From Nitrospinota bacterium (GTDB taxonomy: Bacteria > Nitrospinota > Nitrospinia > Nitrospinales > VA-1): DNA of 33,614 nt. A model generated the notes under the pieces. The model saw nothing but the letters and a program-made list of their open reading frames with translations, was not told the DNA's origin and made no database searches. A program made the position numbers and the translations under genes. The stretch lies in NCBI GenBank assembly GCA_038108555.1, contig JAYNIA010000008.1, positions 1-33,614 of the forward strand, written 5' to 3'. This document shows, piece by piece, positions 18,876 to 27,940 of the stretch (position 1 is its first letter; each line of letters begins with the position of its first letter).

Positions 18876-20582
18876 ATGCAAATAGCCACTGAAACTCAGG
18901 AAGAAATCGAACAGGTACGGCAAAACTGCGGTTATTTCTTTTTGGAGGGGTGGAACATCCTTTCGGCTGTGGGACCGGAAACCCTCCCCTTCCTGCAAAC
19001 TCAAACCACCAACGATACCCTTCAATTGCAGGTTGGCCAGGGGCAATCGAGTGCAGTCACTGACCGGCAGGCCCGGCTGATTGCCAACTTCTCATTACAC
19101 CGGCTTTCTGAAAACGAAACCTGGCTGCTTTCGGACAATTCAAAAACCCTGCACGACCATCTGGAATCCTTTCATTTCCGTGAAGATTTCAAGTTCAATA
19201 CACCAGACCTCTGCTTAATGACACTGCAGGGTCCCAAAAGTATTCTGGTGCTTGAAAGACTTTTTTCCACTCTTCCAGAAAAACCCAATGAAATATCTCA
19301 GGAAGAAATTCAAGGCACACCGGTTTCCATTATAAAAAAATCACTCACGGGGGAAGAAGGGTACATCCTGTGCTTTTCACCAGAACAAAAAGACGGGTTT
19401 AAAGAAGAGCTTCTAAAGGCGAATCCTGAGATCTGCCCAAAGAAAGTTGGCGAAGAGGCACGAGAAATTTTGAGGATTGAGGCAGGAATTCCGTATTTTG
19501 GAATAGACATGGATGGCAAGAATATCCTCCCGGAAACCGGACTAGAACACAGCTCCGTCAGTTACAACAAGGGGTGCTACACCGGGCAGGAAGTGATCGC
19601 GCGAATCAAAACCTATGGCGCCCCCAATTTTGCCCTCATGGGTGTGACCGTTGAGGGTCCCCTTTCCCCGCCCATGAATGGTTCCATAATACTGGGCGAT
19701 AAAAAAATTGGGACTATTAAAAGTTCCGTGCGTTCGGCTTCTCTTGGGAAAATCATCGCCCTGGCCTACCTTCAGAAAGATCATCGCAGTCCCGATGTGG
19801 AAATGGAAGTCACTATTAACGAGCGCCCCTTTAAAATCAAAACCTGCCTGCTTCCTTTTTATCAAGCGGCCACTAGAAAAGAATATTCCAAAAAACTCCT
19901 GAATGAAGCACTACAAATATACAAAGATCAGGAAGACCTGGACAAGCCTATCGCCATACTAAGAGAAGCGATTGATATCTACCCCAAACATGCGGAAGCT
20001 TACGAGGCCCTGGGTGTTTTCCTCTCCAAACAAGACAAGCTGGATGAAGCCATCGCATTGATGAAACGGCTGGCCGAAATCAATCCTAAAGAAATCATGG
20101 CGCATACCAACCTGTCGGTTTACTACATGAAGCAGGGGCGAATTGATGATGCAGAAAATGAAAAAGCCGAAGCCACCGCTCTGCAATTCGAACAGGCGGT
20201 TGAAGAAAAGATGGCCAAAAAGTTAATGGAAAAAGAAAAAAAACAGAAGAAAAAGGAAATGGAAGAAAGGATCGAGATGTTTAAAAAAGTTTTGGAAATC
20301 GATCCCGCAGACCAGGTGGCCAATTTCGGCCTGGGTTCCATCTACCTTGAAACCGGGCGTTATGAAGAAGGGCTGGCTCCTCTCACCACCGTGGTGGAAA
20401 AGTTCAAAGACTATTCTGCAGCTTATTTGTTGCTTGGAAAAACTCTGGAAAAATTATCAGAAAACGAGAAAGCCATCGATGTTTACAAAAGGGGAATTGC
20501 CGCAGCCTCAAAAAAAGGTGATCTCATGCCTTTAAAAGATATGCAACACAGAATGAATCAGCTATTGCATTCCTCGCCCTGA
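18876..20582 (+). CDS. ygfZ: YgfZ/GcvT-like folate-binding Fe-S maturation protein fused to a C-terminal TPR region
   Basis: FLQ.QTTND, QGPKS, RIEAGIP and the KGCYTGQE signature. The last ~240 aa are TPR-like (AEAYEALG..LDEAI, ANFGLGSIY, AAYLLLGK). Confidence 0.88.
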   Translation: MQIATETQEEIEQVRQNCGYFFLEGWNILSAVGPETLPFLQTQTTNDTLQLQVGQGQSSAVTDRQARLIANFSLHRLSENETWLLSDNSKTLHDHLESFHFREDFKFNTPDLCLMTLQGPKSILVLERLFSTLPEKPNEISQEEIQGTPVSIIKKSLTGEEGYILCFSPEQKDGFKEELLKANPEICPKKVGEEAREILRIEAGIPYFGIDMDGKNILPETGLEHSSVSYNKGCYTGQEVIARIKTYGAPNFALMGVTVEGPLSPPMNGSIILGDKKIGTIKSSVRSASLGKIIALAYLQKDHRSPDVEMEVTINERPFKIKTCLLPFYQAATRKEYSKKLLNEALQIYKDQEDLDKPIAILREAIDIYPKHAEAYEALGVFLSKQDKLDEAIALMKRLAEINPKEIMAHTNLSVYYMKQGRIDDAENEKAEATALQFEQAVEEKMAKKLMEKEKKQKKKEMEERIEMFKKVLEIDPADQVANFGLGSIYLETGRYEEGLAPLTTVVEKFKDYSAAYLLLGKTLEKLSENEKAIDVYKRGIAAASKKGDLMPLKDMQHRMNQLLHSSP

Positions 20583-22258
20583 CCTTTCACAAACGCCCAA
20601 ATATCTTCTCCGGGTTTCAACACACCTGAACTGATAATTTTTTGGTTTATGGGCACCCCGTGATCCATTAAAAACCAGAACCGCAACAACAGCTTCTCCT
20701 CAGTGGTTGTATAAGCGTCTTCCCATTCGGTTATGGACTTATGCGCCGCGATTGCTTTGTATAAGGCTGAGGGAATTTCCAATCGCTTTTTCTGGATAAA
20801 GGATTTGTAACCTTCGAGCAAAGTGGATTGAAACTGTTTCCGACTGACTTTGATCAGTTCGGACACACTTGGAATCTCGCTGTCATGGTATTCAAAGAAT
20901 TTTAGCTTGTAATACTGGTGAATGGTTTCCAGACGAAAATAGCAATGCAGCTCGGAAACTTTTTCCCCGTAAACCTTCTCGAGATATTTTCTTATCAGAG
21001 GCTTACCTGCCTGCAACAATAGCTTGTTGAGTCGGCCACGCTCGAACAAATGAATTCGAACAGTGCTCAGATGCTTTGCACATTGGACCTCCACATCGGT
21101 TTTGATTCTTTCGCAATTGGGAGGTATTCGATACCAGACGATTTCGTCACTGGCAATTTTCAGGGACTGCTGAAAAGCTTCACTGATTTGATGGTTATTC
21201 GACCGTTTCGCCTGTTTGGCAATCAGATAGGCATTGTCCTTTGAAAATCCAAGGTCCAACAATTCATTCTGGAAGACCTTTCGGTTCCCCATTAAGAACC
21301 CGCCGCGTTCTTTTATATGGTCTTTGGCCTTATCCACCCCTCTCAGAGCCAGGCTCACATCCCGCGGCATTAAATCCAATCCCAATTCCTGGGAAAACTC
21401 ATAAATTTCTTCGAGAGTTTTGTAATTTAATTTATCGATAAACAGGAATTTTTGAATATTGGCCTCACTGAAGTTGCAGGCCTCAAAAATTTTAATTTTT
21501 TTGTATTTGATTTCTTCCCAATACTTACGCGTACCTTCTTTCTTTTTAAACTGCGATTGAATTTCAGACCTTGCCTTAAAGAAATAACTCCTTAATAAAT
21601 ACCATTCACTTTCAAGGGTTGACTCAATAATCCAAATATATTTTGGGGTCAAAACAGGAAGCTTGGGATCATCAAGAAGTTTTATCTCACCGGTGGCAAG
21701 AATATAATCTAGCAACTCCAGATGCCGTTCCAGCAAAATGGGATTAATTTGCTCTATAAATTTCCGAAAAATAGTCTTCCATCTGAAAGAATCAAATTCT
21801 CGTTCTGAACCCGTTAACTTATTTTCGTCTTTCAATTGTTTCTTAACCCGCTGCAAGCCATTCTTTTCCATCTTCTCGAACAACTTATCGCGACCTGAAA
21901 TATCGCTTATTTTAATTTGTTTCAGCCGACTGATTAAGGAAGGAACTTTTAAGGAGAACTGCTGGTCCAATTCTTCATAGGACTTCGCATCTGAAAAATA
22001 AACTTCAGAGAGCAGGTCATCAACATAATCCAGAGAAACTACAACTTTTTTTACGAGCTTTTTATAGACATCAAAATCAAGATTTTTCTGGCCGGTTTGG
22101 CAGGCACGGATATCGTTTAAAAAAGTGCGTGCCTTTTTGGTTTCTTCAGGTTGGGAATGCGGATCATTGATTACATTTAAAAAAAGGTTTTCCGCACCTT
22201 GCAATTCCCGCTTTGCGAGAAGTTCAAGACCTTGGGTCATGGAGTCATAGATAAACAT
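20558..22258 (-). CDS. Hypothetical protein (566 aa, helical, TPR-like N-terminal hairpin)
   Basis: Long ORF with no family recognised; overlaps the ygfZ 3' end by 25 bp, convergently. Confidence 0.75.
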   Translation of the reverse strand: MFIYDSMTQGLELLAKRELQGAENLFLNVINDPHSQPEETKKARTFLNDIRACQTGQKNLDFDVYKKLVKKVVVSLDYVDDLLSEVYFSDAKSYEELDQQFSLKVPSLISRLKQIKISDISGRDKLFEKMEKNGLQRVKKQLKDENKLTGSEREFDSFRWKTIFRKFIEQINPILLERHLELLDYILATGEIKLLDDPKLPVLTPKYIWIIESTLESEWYLLRSYFFKARSEIQSQFKKKEGTRKYWEEIKYKKIKIFEACNFSEANIQKFLFIDKLNYKTLEEIYEFSQELGLDLMPRDVSLALRGVDKAKDHIKERGGFLMGNRKVFQNELLDLGFSKDNAYLIAKQAKRSNNHQISEAFQQSLKIASDEIVWYRIPPNCERIKTDVEVQCAKHLSTVRIHLFERGRLNKLLLQAGKPLIRKYLEKVYGEKVSELHCYFRLETIHQYYKLKFFEYHDSEIPSVSELIKVSRKQFQSTLLEGYKSFIQKKRLEIPSALYKAIAAHKSITEWEDAYTTTEEKLLLRFWFLMDHGVPINQKIISSGVLKPGEDIWAFVKGQGEECNS

Positions 22259-22552
22259 AGAAAACCTGCATCCCTGTCCGGGATTCTTTAAGCAAACTCT
22301 AAAACTCTTCCCACCGTCTTCGTTTCACCTGGGGAATTATTGGATATAAAACCCAATATTGAGAGAAGCGAGGGGGTGAGAACGACTTGCTTATATTTTC
22401 AGCCCAAAAACCAAACTTCTTCAATTGTTTCCGGGCTTATGGGTATATTATTCTGGATTTATTTCCAGATTCACTATTTAGATGCTCAATGGAAGGCAGA
22501 GGATTTCTAATTAACACCAATTTTTATAATCGGGTAGGAAGGAATTTCAGGC

Positions 22553-22594
22553 AAAAAAAACCCAGAAAGTTAGCTATTAAGCTTCGTTTCTGGG
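22553..22594 (-). terminator. Probable terminator after the TorD-like chaperone gene
   Basis: CCCAGAAA...TTTCTGGG inverted repeat next to an A8 run (U8 on the minus strand). Confidence 0.5.
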
Positions 22595-22652
22595 ATCTGG
22601 GGCACAAGTGGCCCCTTATGTGCAGTTTATCTAAATTTTTGGAAGAGCTAAA

Positions 22653-23477
22653 TTACCTGGGTTCACACTCAGATGGAGCATTTGCAATCAGGTCGTTTTC
22701 CATACTGTAGGACAACGAGCGATACTCAGGTTCTTCAACTTTAACCGGTTTTACATCCAGCAATAGATTTTCATTCCTCAGGAAAATTGCCAGAATATCT
22801 ACGATATCCTTATAAAGACCTCGCTCCGCTTTGCGGGCAGTGAAGATACAGAATAATGGCCCCCAACGGCCGATATGGTTCCGAACGAATTTTTTCATGC
22901 TGCTTGTCAGCACATTTATATTCCGTTCATCATGACCATTTTGCACTCCATAGGCCGTTCTAAAACACATGAAGAACATAAAGGCCAGTTCAATAGAGAG
23001 ATGATCTACTCTTTCTTTGGTTCGGTTTCTGGGTTGTTCAAATCCAAAAGTTTCATAAAACCCACCCAATTGGATTAATACATCCGTTTGCGATTGGATT
23101 CCACCTTCCGTACCATATTGCATTTCATAGGGTGGACATTCCATGGAAACGGCGTGTCCGAATACCCGGACATATTCCTGCTGCACCTGCTTGACCGTCA
23201 TTTTAGGCAGATATTTATCAAAGCCTTCTATAATGGACTTAACACGAATCCAGTCTTCTTCATCTACAAGCGCTATGTCCATGGGCTCAAGCAGTGACTT
23301 GGGCCGGAAAAATTTTCGATTCCAGGGATAGCTGAATGCACTGGAAAGGATATCGTAACAACGGCCTCTTGCCAGCTGTAAGGATATTCGCTCTTCTTTC
23401 AACTCTTCCAGAGAACCGGTCTGACCAAGAACCGCGAGCATTGGGTCACTTGCTTTAGCTTGAGTAACATCTCCCAT
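22653..23477 (-). CDS. TorD/DmsD-family molybdoenzyme maturation chaperone
   Basis: EYVRVF..CPPYE..Y and ERVDHLSIELAFM motifs, and F..NHI.RW.P.F. Confidence 0.85.
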   Translation of the reverse strand: MGDVTQAKASDPMLAVLGQTGSLEELKEERISLQLARGRCYDILSSAFSYPWNRKFFRPKSLLEPMDIALVDEEDWIRVKSIIEGFDKYLPKMTVKQVQQEYVRVFGHAVSMECPPYEMQYGTEGGIQSQTDVLIQLGGFYETFGFEQPRNRTKERVDHLSIELAFMFFMCFRTAYGVQNGHDERNINVLTSSMKKFVRNHIGRWGPLFCIFTARKAERGLYKDIVDILAIFLRNENLLLDVKPVKVEEPEYRSLSYSMENDLIANAPSECEPR

Positions 23478-23557
23478 TTTTCTAATTCTCCCTATTATTT
23501 CCGAAACGCTGCTTCTTCAAAAATGCATGATTTCTGAATCGATTCACGCCGCACAGG

Positions 23558-24730
23558 TTAACCCACACCGGCCCGTAATTCATAAACTTCAACACATCTA
23601 TCACATGCACCATCTTTGCTTTCCCAGTCAGGGAAATCAATCTGGATTGCTTCAATTACCATTTCATCACAAATACTTTCAGGATCATCCACCCAGTTGT
23701 ACGTTGGGAATTTGCATAGCGGGCAAGGTGACCCTTGCAAATGAATGAAATCACGTTCTTCTTCAGAAATTTCTCCTGGATCTACGTATTTACTCATCAG
23801 TGTATCAAGGTCCGTAGCCATCGAGAGAAGTTCTTCGTGTGTGAATTTTTCTGTTATCCAGATACCTTCAAAAATTCCCCGTCTTTGCTTATCAGGAATT
23901 TTGCGGTAGAAATTATCAAACTCGCGAAAACGGGCTTCCTTGGGAAGGACAGACACCACACCCATTCGAGCCAACCGGGCATCTACATACATATTCCAGA
24001 GAAGGCGGAACCTGGAGGTGATGAGATTCTTCACCGAGGGATTACCTGGAATAAATGCGTCTTCATAGTCAAACTCAGGGTCAACCATATCCTTCGCGTG
24101 CATGAATTCCTGAATCAAGAAGGCATCTAAATCCATAGCCTCTTCCGGATTACTGAACCGGCTTGCCAGAACCCTCATTTCAATAATCGGGTTCCCTGAA
24201 ACACGATTGAGGACGTTCGATCCTTCATCAACCTTATTGATCGCCCTTTTTACAATGACCTCTTTGATGCGTTCTTCAAATTCGCGCGCAAGGTCATAGG
24301 CAATCTCATCATTTTTTTCTTCCGCTGCAGGCTGCTCCTCTTCTCCTTCAGCTACCGCAATCGCCTCTTCGTTTTCTTCTGCTTCCAATCCTTCAGCGGA
24401 CTCTGCAGGCGCTTCCTCCAACTCTGCGGGTTCTTCCTCCCGTTTTGCTTCTAACAAAGCAGATTTTTTAGATGTCCGTTTTCTTTTGGGGATAAGGCCA
24501 ACCGCCTCAAGAGCACGCAGAACGTGGTCACCCAATTTCAATTTTTCCAGGAAAAATAAGCGATTTACTTTTTCAAACGCGGCCTCCCGGTCATCTTCCG
24601 GGAGTTCATAGATAGGATCTGCCAGGGAATGGAATTCATCATAATCTGAACGATAACCCGACCTCTCTAAATGGTTGAGATGCCGAAAAACCGACTCTTC
24701 CATCAACTGGGCACTATAACTAACTTTCAT
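23558..24730 (-). CDS. Hypothetical protein with acidic low-complexity insert, QExxH motif and C-terminal CxxC...CxxC
   Basis: Glu/Ala-rich tract, LIQEFMHAKDM, CPLC and CDRC; co-oriented 80 bp upstream of the chaperone gene. Confidence 0.8.
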   Translation of the reverse strand: MKVSYSAQLMEESVFRHLNHLERSGYRSDYDEFHSLADPIYELPEDDREAAFEKVNRLFFLEKLKLGDHVLRALEAVGLIPKRKRTSKKSALLEAKREEEPAELEEAPAESAEGLEAEENEEAIAVAEGEEEQPAAEEKNDEIAYDLAREFEERIKEVIVKRAINKVDEGSNVLNRVSGNPIIEMRVLASRFSNPEEAMDLDAFLIQEFMHAKDMVDPEFDYEDAFIPGNPSVKNLITSRFRLLWNMYVDARLARMGVVSVLPKEARFREFDNFYRKIPDKQRRGIFEGIWITEKFTHEELLSMATDLDTLMSKYVDPGEISEEERDFIHLQGSPCPLCKFPTYNWVDDPESICDEMVIEAIQIDFPDWESKDGACDRCVEVYELRAGVG

Positions 24731-25054
24731 AAATCAAAATCAAATTTTAATGTCAAAAACCAGAGCCTTTTACCCCAAAATGGGGACAACTTGCCCTTAT
24801 TTTAATTCCCTTGAATAAAGACAATTTAGCTCCTTTTCAAGCCTTATGTCAAGACAAAAGGCCTTTATTCTTTGGGAGTTACGCTTAGGAAAACCTTGTT
24901 TTAAAACTTCCAAAAATGACCTGAAAGATTCCCAAAGCCGGGATGAATTATTTCTATTTTACCAGATTATTTCCACACCCCAAAGCCAATAACCAACCAT
25001 ATTTCAATTATTATGAGACCGCCCAATTAAAAAAATCCCGGCAAACTCATCCCG

Positions 25055-27652
25055 TTACTTCTTATCAATCTCATCCTTCAGTTTTTCCATGGCCTTGATG
25101 GCTTCCATGATCGGTTCAGGGTCACCCAGATCGCGGGCAATTTCTCGCGCATCCTTCAAGTATTTATCAAATTCTTCAAAACGGCCTACGAGAATCTCCA
25201 TCCGCGCCACCGTCATATTGAATTGGATCAGGTTCGACCAGTTTTGCGTTTTTCTAAAACATTCCGCCGCCTGGCCAAAATATTTTTCCGCTTCGTCATA
25301 TTTCAAATCTTTAAATTTCAGATTTCCCAAATACGTCAAGTCCTGACCCGCACCGCGCTGATCCCCAACCTCCTGGGTAATTTGCAACGCTTTAAGATAA
25401 AGATCCTCCGCCTCTTTTCTTTTTCCATTACTGAATGCCAGGTTTCCGAGGTTGCGATAATCCTCAGCCACTTCCGTTTTATCATTCAACTTGCTTGATA
25501 TTTCAAAAGACCTTTTGAATCCTTCACTGGCCTTTTCCCGGTAACCTCTCTCCATATTAAATTTTCCGAGATTTCTGAGGTCTGTACAAATCTCTCTTGG
25601 ATCATTGAGTTTTTCTGAAGTCTCCAAGGCTTTGGTGTAGTACTTCTCCTGATTGGCCCGGTCTTTCTTGTCCACATAAATTCTTGCCAGGATACGACTG
25701 TCTGCCAGAATATTGCGTAGATCGTTGAGCTCTTCGGCAATTTCATAAGACTTCAATGCATACTTCTCGGCATTGGCCCAGTCTTCTTTTTGTAGATAGA
25801 GATTGAACTGGTTGCGATTGTCTTCCGCCATCTCCGGTTTATTTCCGGCCTCAGTATTCAGTTTTAAGGCTTCAAGATAATTTTTCTCAGCTCCCGACCA
25901 GTCTTTCTTCTGCAAACAAATATTGCCGAGGTTTCGATAGTCTGCCACCATTCCCCGGGAATTGTTTTTTTCCTTGTTGATCTTCAGGGACTTGCCCACC
26001 AGCTTTTCTGCCTTTTCCATCTTCCCGGCCATGATAAGTACATTGAGATAGTTGGCATACAACTCCTTGAGGCCGCCCTGCTCCTTTGCTTCTTCTTTTA
26101 TCTTAATAGCCTTGCTGTAGTTCTCTTCAGCGCCTTTGAAATCTTCCTTCTGCATCAGGATGCTTCCCAGGTTTCCATAAGCACCCCCCAGCGCTTGCTT
26201 GTCTCCCGACTTTTCATGCAAAGCAATGGTTTCATTTGCCACCTGCTCGGCTTCATCCCAGTTATTGGACATGAATAAGACGTTCCCCAAATCGTTCAGC
26301 AACATCAATTTGAGCTTTGGATCTTTCTCGGCTTCGGGTTTGTTCAGTCCCTCTCGCAAGGCCTGCTTACGATTCTCCAGGTATTTGGGTTGCGAGAATA
26401 TGAACATCAATTTGTCCTGAACCTCCTGAACGCTTTTTTGTTCTTTCATCTCCTCATAAAGATCACTGGCGCGCATGAAGTTATCTTCCGCCTTTTCGAA
26501 TTCCTCTTTCTTGAGATAAACATCCCCCAACGATTCACATTGCTGCGCGATGCCAGGACGGTTTTCATTCTTCTCCATCAACTCCAATGAACGCAGGTAC
26601 TGTTCTTCCGCCGCATTCCAGTCTTTTTGCAGACCTCGAACATTTCCAAGATTTGCGTAACCACGCGCTTCTCCCAACGCATCTCCCAATTCCTGCATGG
26701 CTTTAAGGGACTTTTCAAAATTTTCCCAGGCCAGATCGAGTTTATTCTGATTGAGATAAATATTACCGAGACTGCCGAGAAGATAAGAGTTCCTGCGTTT
26801 GTCGGAATTGCCAATGACCTCCAGGGCTTTCTTGAAATACTTTTCCGCTTCTTCTACTTTTTCCGGTTGCTCGGTGGACATTTGTAGATAGATTCCCGCC
26901 AGGTTGGCATAACAAACCCCTGCCGAAGCTTTGTCGTCGAGTTCTTCCAAAAGGGTCATGGTTTTCTGGATGGTTTCAATCACCTTGTCCATACGGTTCC
27001 ACTGGAAATATATTTCCTCCAACTCCTGGAGTTTGCCAATGGCTTTGGTTTTCTGTCCTGTGGAAATCAGCGACTCGACCTCTTTAACAAGGCCTTCTTC
27101 ATTTTTCTTTAAGAACAGGGGAGATTTTGTAATCGATTCAATGCGGTCTTCGAGCTGTTTTATTTTACGTTCATCCTGCTTGGCCTCAGACATGAACCCT
27201 TTGGCTTTTTCGTAATACTCGATCGCCTTTTCCGCTTCTTCCTTTTTGAGAAAGATATTTCCCAGATATTCGCTGTAGATGCCCTGCCCTAAAGGGTCAT
27301 TGGCCTCGACCATAATTTGCAGGGCCTTCTGGTAATTCTCTTCTGCCTTGTCGAAACTTCCCTGGTAAAAATAAACGTTTCCAAGATTGCCCAAAGAGCT
27401 TTCAATGCCTTTGGCGTCTTTCAACTTTTCCATGAAAGTGAGGGAGCGGGAATAGAACTCCTCCGCCTTATCGTATTGTTTGCCCTGGAAACTGATATTT
27501 CCGAGGTTCCCCAGCACATAAGCCTGCCCTGCATCGTCACCCTCTTTTTCCATTTCCTTGAGGGCCGCGAGGAAATTGGTTTCCGCTTCCTGGATATTGT
27601 TTTTCTGTAAACTCTCGTAACCGAGATTTTCAAGTTTTCTACCTTCACTCAT
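25055..27652 (-). CDS. Long tetratricopeptide-repeat protein (~865 aa)
   Basis: Many ~40-aa repeats (GNLGNVY..G.YDKAEE.Y.KAL.I). ATG 27652 (MSEGRK) is preferred to the GTG at 27727. Confidence 0.9.
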   Translation of the reverse strand: MSEGRKLENLGYESLQKNNIQEAETNFLAALKEMEKEGDDAGQAYVLGNLGNISFQGKQYDKAEEFYSRSLTFMEKLKDAKGIESSLGNLGNVYFYQGSFDKAEENYQKALQIMVEANDPLGQGIYSEYLGNIFLKKEEAEKAIEYYEKAKGFMSEAKQDERKIKQLEDRIESITKSPLFLKKNEEGLVKEVESLISTGQKTKAIGKLQELEEIYFQWNRMDKVIETIQKTMTLLEELDDKASAGVCYANLAGIYLQMSTEQPEKVEEAEKYFKKALEVIGNSDKRRNSYLLGSLGNIYLNQNKLDLAWENFEKSLKAMQELGDALGEARGYANLGNVRGLQKDWNAAEEQYLRSLELMEKNENRPGIAQQCESLGDVYLKKEEFEKAEDNFMRASDLYEEMKEQKSVQEVQDKLMFIFSQPKYLENRKQALREGLNKPEAEKDPKLKLMLLNDLGNVLFMSNNWDEAEQVANETIALHEKSGDKQALGGAYGNLGSILMQKEDFKGAEENYSKAIKIKEEAKEQGGLKELYANYLNVLIMAGKMEKAEKLVGKSLKINKEKNNSRGMVADYRNLGNICLQKKDWSGAEKNYLEALKLNTEAGNKPEMAEDNRNQFNLYLQKEDWANAEKYALKSYEIAEELNDLRNILADSRILARIYVDKKDRANQEKYYTKALETSEKLNDPREICTDLRNLGKFNMERGYREKASEGFKRSFEISSKLNDKTEVAEDYRNLGNLAFSNGKRKEAEDLYLKALQITQEVGDQRGAGQDLTYLGNLKFKDLKYDEAEKYFGQAAECFRKTQNWSNLIQFNMTVARMEILVGRFEEFDKYLKDAREIARDLGDPEPIMEAIKAMEKLKDEIDKK

Positions 27653-27782
27653 AACCGGACACCACCTTGATAAATTATTGAAAAACTTGGAAATAAAAGA
27701 AGGCCTGAGGACAAAACAGGGCCTCACGCCAACTAAGTATTTTCAGCTTAATGAGTTATTTTGATTAGAAATGTGTGGAAGA

Positions 27783-27811
27783 ATTATAAAGTTCTGAAAC
27801 GCCCCTGTCAA
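27783..27811 (-). promoter_or_regulatory. Consensus sigma70 promoter for the TPR gene
   Basis: Minus strand TTGACA (27811-27806)-N17-TATAAT (27788-27783). Confidence 0.85.
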
Positions 27812-27874
27812 TCATTCCCCGGGAGCCCAAAATCCCGTTATTTGCTTCTTTTTCAGTGAAAAAGGGTCGATTGG

Positions 27875-27904
27875 TTGACAGACCCGAACAGGCCTCTCTA
27901 TAAT
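27875..27904 (+). promoter_or_regulatory. Consensus sigma70 promoter for the downstream hypothetical gene
   Basis: TTGACA (27875-27880)-N18-TATAAT (27899-27904). Confidence 0.8.
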
Positions 27905-27940
27905 CACCTCTTCCCTGAATTGAGAATAGCGAGGCAAGCG

